In this document: piece by piece, positions 1-32,322 of the stretch
How the letters are laid out: each line of letters starts with the position of its first letter
Numbering within the stretch: position 1 is the stretch's first letter
NCBI GenBank assembly: GCA_965213685.1
Contig: CBDBZY010000064.1
Span: forward strand, 448,001 to 512,000
Source: a bacterium
Lineage (GTDB): Bacteria > UBA8248
Direction of reading: 5' to 3'
DNA: 64,000 nucleotides
Notes under the pieces: generated by a model
The model's input: the letters and a program-made list of their open reading frames with translations, nothing else
What the model was told of the DNA's origin: nothing
The model's database searches: none
Program-made: the position numbers and the translations under genes

Positions 1-179
1 AGCAAGAATAGCAACTGGCTGTTAATCAAGGAATCTGTAATCACATACTGGCTGAATTTTAATGTATCAGACTAGGTGCCTTCAATTTCTGAAGGTACTG
101 CATGCATATGCCCTTGTCTTGGAGATCTACATGTATCTAGATTGCAAGTCCTTCATAGTTTATTCTACTCCATATACAG

Positions 180-15275
<15,096 letters not shown>

Positions 15276-16052
15276 ATATTAGCTTGTGTTTTCTTGTGTC
15301 AAAGAACATATATACTTATAATTATGTATGATGGACCACGTGTATTGTAGGAGTGTACTGGTTTCAAAGAATGCTATGATGTTTTGCTATTTTTTGTATA
15401 GTAAAAATATATACATACACTTTCTAACAATGAAGTTTTTGCTGTACTGTATTGCACATTTGTCTTTAGCAGGAAAACAAAGTTCAATATTGGAACATAA
15501 ATTGTGATGACTGCAATTTCTTTATAGGTAGAATACCACTGATCCATACCTCCATAGTTGCATAGAGCTATGTAATTGCATAGCTAAATTATTGCAGTTG
15601 AAAAAGTATGTCCATGCATGTACTTGTACCGTTTGTGATTGTAATAATGAACTTTGAAGTCTTTGCATTACCCTATACTATTGTGGAGGTGAAATAATGA
15701 ACAATATTGACCATCCATTTGTGTGATAGTGTTAGATATGACATCACCAAGATCCTTATATATAATTATATTACCCCACATGAGAACTCCAGCCAACATG
15801 GAGTGGGTTAACGTAGGAAGACTCAATTTAAGTGTTGTGTTTCTCAACTGTAGTGAAAAATTGTTTGAGCCCCGAATAAATAAATACACAGATATATGGC
15901 CCACATGGGCAGGGAGTTGCAAGTTCATATAATATATCCCTGATCTGTTTGTGAATGATATGCAGGATATGCATGGCCACATCCCTCATCATTTACCTGT
16001 CACCAGTCATAACCACAGTTATGGTATTAACTGTATCAACATAGGATCACTA

Positions 16053-16160
16053 TACAGTCACTGGGAGGCTGCAAAGCAGATAGGGTTCACCAGGTCAGCA
16101 TGCACTGTGCAAGCTGACCTGGTGAATCCCATCTGCTTTATAGCCTTCCAGAAGACTGTA
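16053..16160. repeat. ~108-bp hairpin (MITE-like)
   Basis: tacagtc actgggaggctgcaaagcagatagggttcaccaggtcagc...gctgacctggtgaatcccatctgctttatagccttccag aa gactgta. Confidence 0.7.
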
Positions 16161-16859
16161 AGGTAAGTTCTTCTGCCACAAGTGTGACCAAATCAGTGTT
16201 AACAGTTCGGAAGATGGAGGGTAATACATGTAACATCCACTCCCACACACAACCCTATTGTCAGTACCTTATTGATTCCTATAAGGTGTGTTCATGTATA
16301 CGTATAGTCATATCTTGTGTTTGTGTATGTTGCATATGAGAATGAACAGTAGTAAAGTCTACACAGCAAATTATGCCTGTCATGTGAGATGCAGTACTTG
16401 TTTGTTAACTTCTTTTTCACTAGAGGAGTGCACTGGGATGTTGTGTTGACCAGTCAGGAGGATGATTTCACGCTGGTATGCAGCCTAGAGCAAAGGAAAG
16501 TGTTTCTCAGAATTTGTAGTCCATTATCACTAGAAACGTTTCCAAGCCAGAGAAGCATCTTTTCTTTTGTTTACTCCAGGTGAGTTGTAGCTAAACATCA
16601 CACAACCAAAAGCACTTCTTAACCCAAATGCAAAGTAGCCAGGGACAAAGCTTCAAAGTCAGCCTGTATTGTACATACAAGGAGCAGACAGGTCATCCGA
16701 GTGGCAGCTGTGCAGGCTCTAATTCTCTTGTGTCTCTCTGCCTCCATGCAGGTTGTTCCTAACCTTGGAGTTGATGAGGTAAACATAGCTGATCCCTTAT
16801 GCACACTAGGTCTGTTGAGTTCTGAACCAAGCCTGGCACTCATCTGAGAAAAAGAGTAT

Positions 16860-18175
16860 AACTATAAAAGACAAGTAACTGCTGCATTGTTGAATGCTTC
16901 TTCCTGAAACCAAATTGTGATGAAGATATTGAGTTGGAGACAAAAGGAATGATTTTGTTGTATATTAGAACCTTAGAGATCATGCACAGGAGTGAAATAG
17001 GTCTATAGGTATTCATAAATGACTTATCTCCTGATTTGTAGACAGGTGTGCATGATTAGGTGAAAACGCCATTCTGTAGATAAACAGTGATGCTTGAAAC
17101 AAATATAGGTGGTGAATAGGCTTGAAACGTGCTAAGGCACAATGCTTTAGTATTTTTGCATTGATGCATGCTCATAGCTTTCACAGGGTTCAATGAAATT
17201 AGTCCTTCATATACATCAGATTCAGTTATAGTGATCTCACTAAGAGTTGGTTGTGGTAGCTCATCTTTCATCATTCCCTACCTGTAGTATCTGGAGTACC
17301 TCAAGGAAGTATTCTGGGTCCACTACTATTTCACATATGCATCATTGAGTATATTTCTCTTTGCTGATGATCTGAAATGCCTCTTACCTGCGAAAACTTT
17401 CTCTGATTGTCTCTCTTTGCAAAGAGACATACATAACTTGTGTTTGTGGAGTTTGAACTGGAAATTGAATTATAATTAACTCTTCTCAGATTTTCTTCTG
17501 GGTATCCACTATGGATACAATATCAAAGGCCATGATATTGCTGTTCAAGAGAATCACAAAGACTTGGGCATAATGATGTCTAGCGAACTACATATCTTGG
17601 AGTGAACACATAAAATATATTTTATCACCACAAAACTCTAGGTCTTATTCGAAGATCACTTAACGGTGGACATTGTCCTCAAAAAATTATATATATATAT
17701 ATATATATCTCATTCACCCTCCACTAACATACTGTTCACAAATGTGGCGACCACACTTCCTGAAGGATGTAATGGCCCTTGAAAGGATTCAAAGACGTGA
17801 AATCATCAGATTATAAATCTCGGTTAGTGGCCCTACAAATGTTGCCACTAATGATGCAGCTGGAACTCTATGACATCATGTTTTTTGTTCGATGCCTTAA
17901 AGGGCCTACCAACACTATCAACATTTATCACTTTCAGTTCTAACTCCACACTTTCTTCTACCTATTTCAAACTGAAACATTCTCTGTCTAGAACGAATTC
18001 TTTGCAACATTTCATTTGCTTTGGCTTTGAATATGAATCAATCAATATCCAGCATAAAAAAAGGAGCGTCCATCAATTCTTTTGGGATCACTTCATGCAA
18101 CACTTCAAGTCTGGCAATGTATGTACACATCACTGCTTATGTCCATGTTCCAAATGTTCCTGTCTGCCAGTTTGA
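16860..18175. mobile_element. Degenerate 5'-truncated, 5'-inverted CR1/L2-type LINE
   Basis: Minus strand 16860-17272 encodes EITITESDVYEGLISLNPVKA and SSSQFGFRKKHSTMQQLL. Plus strand from ~17275 encodes VVSGVPQGSILGPLLF and FADDLKC, ending in a Cys-rich C-terminus. Many stops and frameshifts. Confidence 0.8.
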
Positions 18176-18319
18176 TTTAAGTTTTCATCATGTACTATAA
18201 TCATGTACAATAATAATCATGTACTATAATTTAAGTCATGTACTATAATTTAAGTTTTTTAATAATTTAGTTTTTGCTAATGGACCTACAGTACACCTGT
18301 CTTTCATCCTTCATGTGTT

Positions 18320-18960
18320 TGCTTCAAGGTGATCAAGCTATCTTTCTACTGTTTCTGAGGGCAAATGGCACAGAGAGGGCCTTGTGGAACTTTGGCTAAG
18401 CTTTTGGCTTCACTACCAGGTCCTGGCTAACTCCAAAGGTTCTCATGTTTCCCAAACCCTCTCTGAAACTTCTTTGTACTTGTGGAGTAAGACTTGCATC
18501 TTTTGTTGGCTGCTTGCCACAGAGGTCATCCTAATATGCTGGCCCAATCCAGCTTTAACACCCCCAAACAGTCTCTTCCCAGCAAGCTTGCACCTTCCCC
18601 CTCAACCACATGAAGGCATAGTATAGCCCCTTGTCCCCCATCCTCACCTCAACCTCCATCTTCTCAGCCACTACCATCTGTCTTCATGTGTAGGTAGACA
18701 CACTCTTGCAATGGACCTCTCTCTCTGGGTTGCTGAGGTCCCAAAGTCTCCAAACCATGTCAGTGTCGCCACCTTTCAGCTTCCTGGTGTTCTTTTCTGC
18801 TGCTTGTGCACCTTGCGCAAGCCCAATGGCCTTTGCAAACATCAGCTTTGCTTCAGACAAGAGTTGTTTCTGGGTCTCGCTGTTATGGAGTCTGCATACG
18901 AAGCGGTCATTGGAATGCTGTGATAGTGCTCCCAGGCTCCATCAACTGGAGTTACTGACT
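18320..18960 (-). mobile_element. Ty3/Gypsy LTR retrotransposon gag-pol relic
   Basis: Minus-strand fragments NDRFVCRLHNSETQKQLLSEAKLMFAKAIGLAQG (gag), GRDCLGVLKLDW (protease end) and KFHKALSVPFAL (pre-RT). Confidence 0.65.
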
Positions 18961-19269
18961 GGCTAGAGTTTCAATTAGGTGCTGCCCCAGGCACACAGGA
19001 TGAGAGAGCTGCATGTGTTTTCTACTGCAGAGATCTACATGCACGCACTATGAGTGATTTTGCAGGTGTAGAGTGTAGAGGGACAGTCCCCACCACATGC
19101 ATAGCTAATGTGAGGCACATATCAGATCTCTCCTGGAGCACTCTGTTTATTTATTATTTGTGTACACAGCAAATGAACACATACTCTTCCAGGTAGGAGT
19201 ACACACCCAAGTGCTAATCTTCAAGTCAATACAGTGTGTACAATCACTACATAAGGAGTACATCTCTGC

Positions 19270-20059
19270 TCAGAGCTGCTCCAGGAGTGAGTCAGAGAGG
19301 CTGCAGGTGAGGCCAACACCATCTGGCTCTATGTACAGGGATTTCACCACTGAGTTCTCAACAACCATGGCATACCTGAGGACAGGGGGGGCAGAGGGAG
19401 GGTAAACAGGTGTACATGGCTAATGCACTACACTGCAGTACACAGTACACATGTACTGGAGTACCGTTTGGAACGGAAATTGCCCAGAAACTTCACGGCA
19501 TCTAACTCTAGATCCACAGCCTGCATGAGATCGTGACATGCTCCTGTCAACACACAGACGAGCACATGCCCCTGCGAGTCACACGCATCCCCTCACCTTG
19601 GTGAAGGTGCCATTTGTGTCAGCCAGCATTCTGATCTTGCCCTCTGCACCACTGGCCTCTCCCCACGCTGCCATCACGAAGGAATCATTCACAGAGATGC
19701 AGGCAATCACCTCCACCCCCTTGGCCTTCAGCTTCTCGTAGTCTTCCACGTAACCAGGAAGGTGAGTCTGTAGCATAAATACATGTACATATGTCTGTAG
19801 CAAGGCCTAAGAGAATGACCGTTTGGCCCTCCTCTCTACATCAAGCCCCACCTTGGAACAGCCTGGAGTGAAGGCTCCAGGCACGCCAAACAGTACACCC
19901 TTCTTCCCGGCAAAGAGTTCCTTCACGTTCACCCTGTCACTGGGAGTCCCTTCGTGGACGTCCACTGACGGGAGTGGATCTCCTACCTACGAGTGCGCGT
20001 GCTCGTCAAGTACGCAGGACCCCGGGTCAGCGAACACCCCCTCTCACCTTAATGGGCAT
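19270..20059 (-). CDS. PRDX5: Peroxiredoxin-5 (atypical 2-Cys), 5 exons
   Basis: MPIK | VGDPLPSV..KKGVLFGVPGAFTPGCSK | THLPGYV..IACISVNDSFVMAAWG..MLADTNGTFTK | AVDLELDA..GNFRSKR | YAMVVENSVVKSLYIEPDGVGLTCSLSDSLLEQL*. Confidence 0.93.
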
Positions 20060-20599
20060 CCTGAGAGCAGCAGCCCCTGACAGACCTCTTTTTCCCGACA
20101 CACGCAGCACGACATAATGAGATTAGGCTACAGGTACTCAGTACACATGCAGCAAATTAGGCCTAGTTATCAGTTGGTGCACGTGTTTTCAAAAAGAGTG
20201 TTCATTCAACACTTCCACAGCTACAGACTGCTGTACAAAAATTCTGGCAATGAAATTTGAGATGACATGGTCTAGTACTGGAACATCATGCTCACCGAAG
20301 CTTTATCCTCTCCACCTCTTCAGCTTGAAAGTCAGCATTGCAGTAAGGGCACAAAGAATCATGTGAACACACAGCACTCGACAGTTGCACTGCACTTACT
20401 CACTGAAGGTGGAGCCTACACATGGCATATGGGGTATGTCTCCACATCATGCTGCTTCCCCAGTAGTCAAAGAGTTCGCTGACCTGACAGGGGGAAAGGT
20501 GCAGGGCTAGAGTATTCCCCTCCTAATGCCATCCTACAATACACAACCCTACTGTCTCCAGAGTTATGTGGGAGATTTGCATGAAATGAGCAAACTTAA

Positions 20600-23500
20600 C
20601 CATTGCCTCATCCTCAACTGTGACTCCACCCTCAGCCATGGCCTCACCCCTACCTGTGACCTCACTCTCAACCATGTCATCACCATCCCCTGTGACCTCA
20701 CCTTCACATTTGCCAAATGACAAAAATGTGATATTTGAACCTAGAGTAACCAGTGAGGATTCTGTAAATGATTTGGTACAGAGTGATGAGGTTACCGATC
20801 CTGCTGCAGAGGACTTTGACAATCATGATCAGAATGCTGCAGGTACTTTTTTATCCCAAGTCTCAACAACACATACACTGTGTCGGGGTTCTGCAGAAGA
20901 CAAAAAGCTATCAACTCATCTACCTTATGAACAATGCTCCTTGTATTGTAGTATAGCAGCCTAACGTAATCACAATGGGCTTTTACATGTGGTGCAGGAG
21001 CTCTGTCTTCAGAGCTCACTGCTTGGCTAGATAGTGATGTGCAAAATGTAGAGATCTGCATTCCAAACTATGAACTGGTTCGCTTGGATAGAAACAGGCA
21101 TGGTGGTGGAGTTGCAATCTATGTTGCCAGTCATCTTCCTCTTTCAGTTGTTTCTTCAGGTTCTTATTGTCTTGAGTTTTTGGCAATTTCTGTAAAAACT
21201 CCTTATGGTCAATTTGTAGTAGCAGTTCTGTATATAGACCACCTTCTTCCTCCATTTCTTTCTTTGAAAATTTACATTTAGCATTGGAAGATTTGTATGT
21301 TACTGTATGTTCTAACTTCTTTATTTTTGGAGACTTCAATGTTGATGTATCAGTTCCAAGTTATCTGTGTAGTTGTTTGTGTAATGTAACTTGTCAGTAT
21401 GGCCTATCTATCATCCCTACAAGTCATACGCATGTAGCCACATCATCTGCTACCACTATTGATCTCATGCTTGCCTCTTCACCAGAATCTGTCATGAGCT
21501 GTGAAACTGTTCCTCCACTTGGCACATCTGACAATAATGGTATTCTTACTGATATATCACTACGCACCCCTTTAGCTGCTCCTCAAGTGAGTAGGAATTT
21601 TAAAGTCTGGAGATACAAATATGTAGACTTTGAACGTGCTCAAGAAATGCTCTCACAGATTGACTATAATAGTGTTGTTGTGGAAGGAGATGTCAATGCA
21701 TCATGGAAAAACTGGGAGAGGATGTTTTTGAATATTATGGAGATATGCATACCAACCACAACTGTGCCCACACGAAGGAACCTTCCATGGCTGTCCAAGT
21801 CTATTCTGCAACTGATAAAGAAGAGGAACATGTACTACAGAAAATCAAAGCAGTCTCCTCATTACTTTAATAAGCACAGACTTGCCCAAAGCAAGGCATT
21901 GTCTCATCTCAGATGTGAGAGAAGGCAATACCTTCAGCAACTCCAGACAGGTAGTAAATAGTCCTTTCATGCCTGACTAAAGCTTGTTCTTGTATCCCCA
22001 CTCTACAAACAGAGCATGTGATCGCAACCACACCTCAACAAAAAGTAGACCTTTTAAGCTCAACTTTTGAAAAGAATTTTAATGTCTCTGCTACACCTTT
22101 AACTCAAGAAGATGTACTTCCAGCCCCCATTGGGGTATGTCCTACTGATCTTCTATGTTCGGAAGATGATATTATCAGATTACTTCTTACCTTGGACACT
22201 ACTAAGGCTACTGGTCTAGATGGCATCTTGGCTACAATGCTTAAGAAGACAGCTGCAGCTGCTGCACTCTTCTTAAGCATTGTAGCCAAGATGCCATCTT
22301 CACCACTGTGAACACATCTATGCAACATGTCACGTATACATGGCACAGTCCCAGAACATTTGAAAACCTCCATGGTTGTTCCAATATATAAGCAAGGTGA
22401 TACATCCAAACCTGAGAACTATCGGCCCGTGTAATTGCTACCCATAATTAGTAAGATTCTTGAGTGATATATATTTGAAAAATTTTGCACCTTTTTATAT
22501 ATTTCAGACAATCAGTGGGATTTCAATCTTCAACAGGTGCAGTATTGTCTGCTGTTCATGATTGGCAGTATCATCCAGACAGGGGTGATGAAGTTCAAGC
22601 CATATTTTTTGACTTACAGAAGGCATTTGATACCATCCCTCATGCCAAGTTAATCTCAAAGCTAGCTGACCTTGACATACCACCACACTTTTTGTCATGG
22701 ATTTCAAGTTATCTGAAACAGCAAGTTGTTGTTTCTGGTGCAATGTCACCCTCCATCAACGTTGTATCAGGTGTGCCTCAGGGCTCAGTTTTGGCACTCT
22801 TCTCTTTCTAGTTTATGTTGATGGTCTAGCTGACATGCCTCTGCATGATGGGCACCTCATGGTGTTTGCTGATGATGCTCTGCTCTACAAGGCAATTCGT
22901 AGTTCAAATGACTTGCAGGATTTGCAAATGAATGTGGATGTGTTTACTAAATGGATTGATGAACATGATCTATGTCTCAATGTCAAAAAGTGTAAATCAC
23001 TGCTGCTATGAAGAAGACAGGAGCCACTCTGTACCTACACCATCAGAGTCAATGACCATCCTATAGAAAAAGTTCAGTCTTACAAGTATCTAGGAGTTAT
23101 TATATCTAGTGATCTATCCTGGGGCAATCATGTCTCTAGTGTGTCTTCCAAAGCTATGAAGCATATGGGTATGCTGTATCGTTGCTTCTACCGTGACTGT
23201 ACACCAGACACATTGAGAACACTTTATATTTCATGTGTGAGACCACTACTGGAGTATGCTGTACCTGTTTGGGACTCTCATCTAGTGAAAGACATTCACG
23301 CTTTGGAGTCTGTTCAACAATTTGCCACTAAGGTGTGTACAAAAACCTGGAGGGATGTCAGCTACTCTGAACGTCTTCCAACTCTTCAGGTTAGGTGCAT
23401 GCTTCTGAAACTCTGTTTGCTTTATAAAATCATTCATAGTAATGCCTTCATGCCTAACTGTCCTGTTAAGTTCAGACATAACCAATATTTACTCCACAAG

Positions 23501-23770
23501 GTCCAGTTGCTACAACATTCAAGTGCTTTTTGCTCGTACTGCAGGTTTTTATAACTCATTTTTCTGTCACTCCACTCGCCTATGGAACACTTTGCCTGTT
23601 GAAGTTCATCATTGTCATCTTTTAAGAAAGCTTGCAACTCCCTGCTTACACTGTGAGCTATATTATTTGTTATATATATTTTTCTCCTTTTTGGGTACAT
23701 GCACTGTATTAGCTTATTAGCTATCTATTGTATCCTATGTCTTGTACATGAACTATTATAGATATAAAAA
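20600..23770 (+). mobile_element. Degenerate CR1/L2-type LINE (ORF1 3' end, APE endonuclease, RT, A-rich tail)
   Basis: RLDRNRHGGGVAIYV, GDFNVD, FFDLQKAFD, SGVPQGSVL, VFADD and RPLLEYAVPVW motifs broken by stops; internal inversion 20856-21026; foldback 22218-22299. Confidence 0.9.
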
Positions 23771-23867
23771 CACACACACTGGCCAACTGGTATGGGAGCC
23801 TATCAGAACCTGCAGGTGTCTGTCCAACGGCACACCTTCCAACTGAGGGTGAGAAGACAAGATAGGT

Positions 23868-24292
23868 CTGGAGGTGGGGCTGAGGGTGGGGCTGGTTGTG
23901 GTACAAAGAGTGGGGCTGGGGGTGGGGCTGGAGGTGGAACTGAGGGTGGGACTGAGGGTGGGACTGAGGGTGGGGCTGGGGGTGGGACTGAAGGTGGAGC
24001 TGGAGGTGGGGTTGAAGGTGGGACTGAGGGGGGGCTGGAGGTGGGACTGAGGGTGGGGCTGGGGGTGGGACTGAAGGTGGAGCTGGAGGTGGGGTTGAAG
24101 GTGGGACTGAGGGTGGGGCTGGGGGTGGGGCTGGAGGTGGGACTGAGGGTGGGGCTCAGGGTGGGGTTGAAGGTGAGACTGAGGGTGGGGCTGGGGGTGG
24201 GCTGGGGGTGGGGCTGGAGGTGGGACTGAGGGTGGGGCTCAGGGTGGGGTTGAAGGTGGGACTGAGGGTGGGACTGGGGGTGGGGCTGGAGG
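23868..24292. repeat. G-rich ~12-bp minisatellite (gggtggggctga-like), G-quadruplex prone
   Basis: Direct reading of tandem units. Confidence 0.85.
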
Positions 24293-24801
24293 TTAGGCCT
24301 AGGAAAGCACAGTACATACATGTACATATTTACCTGATTGAAATCACATTTAAGAACAGTCACCTCAGAAGTGATCTCTGAGAAATACATGCTTGAATAC
24401 AGGAGTGAAGCAAGCACTCTGGGGGGTAGCTAGGGAGAAGTGAGGGAGGAAAGAGGGAGGGCATGAGGTCAAAAAGAAAGTCAATTAAGAGAGCAGGAGC
24501 TATACGTATACCACAGTGAGCTTGGTCTCAACAGTGGACAGCACTCAACAGTGGACAGCAGCTGCTGTACAAATGGATCAAACATAGTCCTCCTGCAGGA
24601 AAGTGAGGGTAGGGTCAAAGGTTAGTCTGGCATGCGAACCTTGTACCTCCACTTTTAAAATTAGGACAGAAAAGGAGTACAAGGTCAGCCTGCTAACTAG
24701 GGAGAGTATAGTCGTAACAAGGGCAGTGGATTTAACATTTGGACAGGGCAGAGGTACAAAGTCTACCTCCCAGCTTGGATAAAGGGATAGGGAGGGGTAG
24801 C

Positions 24802-25022
24802 GTGGTGTGGTGTGGTGTAGTGTGGTGTGGTGTGGTGTGGTGCGGTGTGGTGCGGTGTGGTGTGGTGTGGGGTGGTGTGGTAAGGTGTGGTGTGGTGTGG
24901 TGTGGTGTGGTGTGGTGTGGTGAGGTGTGGTGTAGTGTGGTGTGGTGTGGTGAGGTGTGGTGTAGTGTGGTGTGGTGTGGTGTGGTGTGGTGTGGTGTGG
25001 TGTGGTGTGGTGTGGAGTGGTG
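24802..25022. repeat. (GTGTG)n pentanucleotide microsatellite
   Basis: Direct reading. Confidence 0.9.
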
Positions 25023-25697
25023 AGGTCTTCTGTCTCCTCAGAGCTGCCTGGCTGACTTCAGTAGTGTGGTTGTCATGTTCAAGGAGTTGCAGCAGGCACT
25101 GGTGGGCTGTTCACTGCAGTATGCGCTGATGTGTGTTCCTGTGCAGATGGGTGTGAGACAATTGCAAGTTGTAGAGGAATTGGTGATCCCAGGAATACAA
25201 CCAGCAACTGAATTCTCTGTCCTATCTGGCAGGTAGACTACTTGTACCTCAGTTCAGTCCTATAATTTTATAAGTGGTGGTACAAGGTCAGACCAGTGAT
25301 TGAAGTGTTTACCCTCAGCCACATCCTTTCCGAGGTGTACGCAGCCTCTAAGGCCCTTGTTACAACTGTACTATCCTCCCTTACATGACATTGTACATGT
25401 AGTAGTTTCCTTCTAGTACTGTCAGATTAAGCCATAGAGCCCAGCTTATTGCACTTCATCTTGAAGAGTAGATAAGAAGGTAAAGTATTGTGGGAGAGGC
25501 ACTGGTTGTCACCTGCCTCCTTGCCTCCAGCTCCTTTGTTAGCTTCTTAGTGTTCTCAATGCTCCCACCAGTGTTATTCTGAGCATTACTTGAGCAACAA
25601 CACCCACACCCCTCACACCTCATACTCTCACTAGTCCCGCTCCCTCCTTCCCTCTCCCACCTCCTCTCCTCTTTATCAACTGAACATGTCTACTAAC

Positions 25698-25918
25698 ATC
25701 ACTCTCACACTGCTGGCACCACTCTCACACTCATACTGCTGGTATCACTCTCACACTGCTGGCACCACTCTCACACTGCTAGCACCATTCTCACACTGCT
25801 GGCACCACTCTCACACTGCTGGCACCATTCTCACACTGCTGGCATCACTCTCACACTGCTGGCATCACTCTCGCACTGCTGGAACCACTCTCTCACTGCT
25901 GACACCATTCTCACTGCA
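25698..25918. repeat. 20-bp tandem repeat ACTCTCACACTGCTGGCACC, about 10 copies
   Basis: Direct reading. Confidence 0.85.
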
Positions 25919-26631
25919 ATTTGTTGCTTGAGATCGTCCCAGCCCTAGCCTACAGCTTTTTGCGAAAATTTAGACCCGCGAAATATAAGTGCCATATGGT
26001 ATACAGCCCATCTTGTGTGACTGTGGCAAGAAGACCCACAACTGGCAGTGGTTTCCTCACTGCAAATATTTACAGACATGACTTCATTGGTGCATGGTAC
26101 TCATTGGAGCATGTTGGCTGGTATTTCAATGGCCCGTTTGAAAAGACAGTGGAACCTTTCTTAGCAGGGCACCCTATGATACCAACACCTTAAAAGTACT
26201 ATTCCTACACCAAATGCCAATTTTGACACGTGAAATGAGGAAGGAGGAGACCCATTTACTAAGGACAATCTTGTCCAATTAGTGGGTACTACTGGGTACC
26301 TTCTCAACTGTTGTGCTTTTTATTCCAAGAAGAAAATAAGAGTTTTGGGGTGTGAGCACGTAAGCAAAAGTTCTGTGGCAGTAAGAATCCTAGTTCTTGG
26401 TAACGAAGGAAGATGGCTTGACAGAAATGAAGGGGAGCTAGAGCCGGCCGGATCTCGGAGCTGCGCTAGCGGCGCGCGCCCGTGACTGGCGGCGCACGCA
26501 GCTGTACTGTATTTATTGTGGACTTTGTACTGTGCTGGCGTGGCTGAGTGAGTTACGACTGCGGGGTCGAGACTTCGTTTGCTGATTTACCGTGGTGCCT
26601 GCACACTCCATCCCCTACCACACGCCTAGAC

Positions 26632-27351
26632 ATGGAGCGCTATGTCCGCGTGCTGTACATCTTCGCCACGTGCCCCAGTGCTCCTGTGGTGGGTCTCTAC
26701 CTGCTCATGTGCTTCTCCGCACCTCACCTCATGAAGCTCTTCCGACCCTTTGACCTCCGACAACCCCTGGCGCTGCACAGCTTCATCTGCTCGGCCTTCA
26801 GCCTCTACTCCCTCGCTAGTTTTTTGATGGCCTTCAAGGAAGATAACGATGTATTTAGCACTGAAGACAAGGAGGGGACGTTGAAGCATGCAATCTTTGT
26901 GATCTGGATGTCAAAGTGGTACGAACTCCTGGACACAGTTTTCATGGTCTTACGACACAGGAGCAAACAGATTTCATTCCTCCACGTATTTCACCACGCC
27001 TCTGTTCCAATTTTAGCCGACTATGCCTACCACCATGCATGCTGGCCGGCCTTTCTGATCATTGGCTCCCTCAACTCATTTGTACATGTTGTCATGTATG
27101 GATACTACGGCCTCACTGCACTCTTCCCTCTCAAGGATTTCAGCTTCAAGAAGAGGATCACACAGCTACAGATGTTTCAATTTCTGGTTGCCACCCTGCA
27201 GGGAGTATGGGGATACTTGCACTATAAGTACTGCATCTACTCCTTCCTCTATCCTCTGGCACTGTTGGCTCTGTTTTCCAACTTCTATTACCAAGCTTAT
27301 CTCAGGCAAAAGAAAAGGAAAATTGCAGAAGTAGAGAAGAAGGTGGATTGA
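26632..27351 (+). CDS. ELOVL: Fatty acid elongase (ELO/GNS1 family), intronless, divergent from the other two
   Basis: SKWYELLDT, SFLHVFHH histidine box, LNSFVHVVMYGYY, ITQLQMFQF, Lys-rich C-terminus; first ATG at 26632. Confidence 0.9.
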   Translation: MERYVRVLYIFATCPSAPVVGLYLLMCFSAPHLMKLFRPFDLRQPLALHSFICSAFSLYSLASFLMAFKEDNDVFSTEDKEGTLKHAIFVIWMSKWYELLDTVFMVLRHRSKQISFLHVFHHASVPILADYAYHHACWPAFLIIGSLNSFVHVVMYGYYGLTALFPLKDFSFKKRITQLQMFQFLVATLQGVWGYLHYKYCIYSFLYPLALLALFSNFYYQAYLRQKKRKIAEVEKKVD

Positions 27352-28213
27352 ATCACAGACATTGAGATTTATACCTGGAACGTTTTTGTACAGTACCTTG
27401 TGTACATAAAATTATCAGACAAACTTGCCAAGTGTGGGACTATAATTTCAGCTGCTATAGAATGGCCTTACATCATAGACAATTGCTCTGTGCTTCAAAT
27501 GAGGATGAATGGTTGGTGAAGAAGCCTTGCTAAGCCCTAGCCTCACCTCAGCTCGCTCTCTCTCTATATATATAGTCCTAACCCTCCCCTTCACACCTTC
27601 TATTGTCTCCACTTCCTGCCTTTAACAATCCAATAGTTGATGGAATCTGGACCAAAGGAACTCTGCTCACATAGTTTGCAGGAGAGAGAGGTGACCCCTG
27701 TACTGTACATATTGTACAAAGTGGAGCAGGGTCATGCAGCAATGCACTAGTCTCATAGCTGGCCACACTTTTTGTGGGAAGAATAGAGAGGAGCACCTCT
27801 GACAACCACCAGTGCGAACATATAGTATCTTCAGGGTACCTTTGTAACATTAGATATTGTTTCTATCACATATATACACTTGTACAATACTGTCACACTG
27901 CCATTTCCTAAAGCTACACCAGTGCCACACTACATGCAGACACAGGTAGTTCAGTCCAGCCAGACCTGCAACAGCTATAATGCCCACTGGCACTCCTAAG
28001 GGTGGAGAGTTGCCTAACATGAGTAGCAACCCTGGCCTGGTTCACTCACACTTGCGTCACAATGCTCAGCATTCTACTAGTATAATTATAAAGATAATGA
28101 TTATACATAATTTCATAGACATTGCAGGCATTGATTGGACTAAGTGGAGCTTGCTAAGGCTCGCCCCACTAATTTGACGATAAAACATGTGACCAGTATA
28201 TGATACAGTTAGG

Positions 28214-32322
<4,109 letters not shown>

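Noticed and set aside
23792-25129. Gly/Pro-rich and VVWCG ORFs
   Set aside because: Translations of simple repeats.
23772-25600. Possible minus-strand exons (RVLASLLYSS..CDFNQ, VLIGSHTSWP, ..KELEARRQ)
   Set aside because: Splice-like sites exist, but I could not build a stop-free chain or recognise a product; may be a pseudogene.
25698-25918. CRISPR-like array
   Set aside because: Head-to-tail 20-mers with no unique spacers, in a eukaryotic context.
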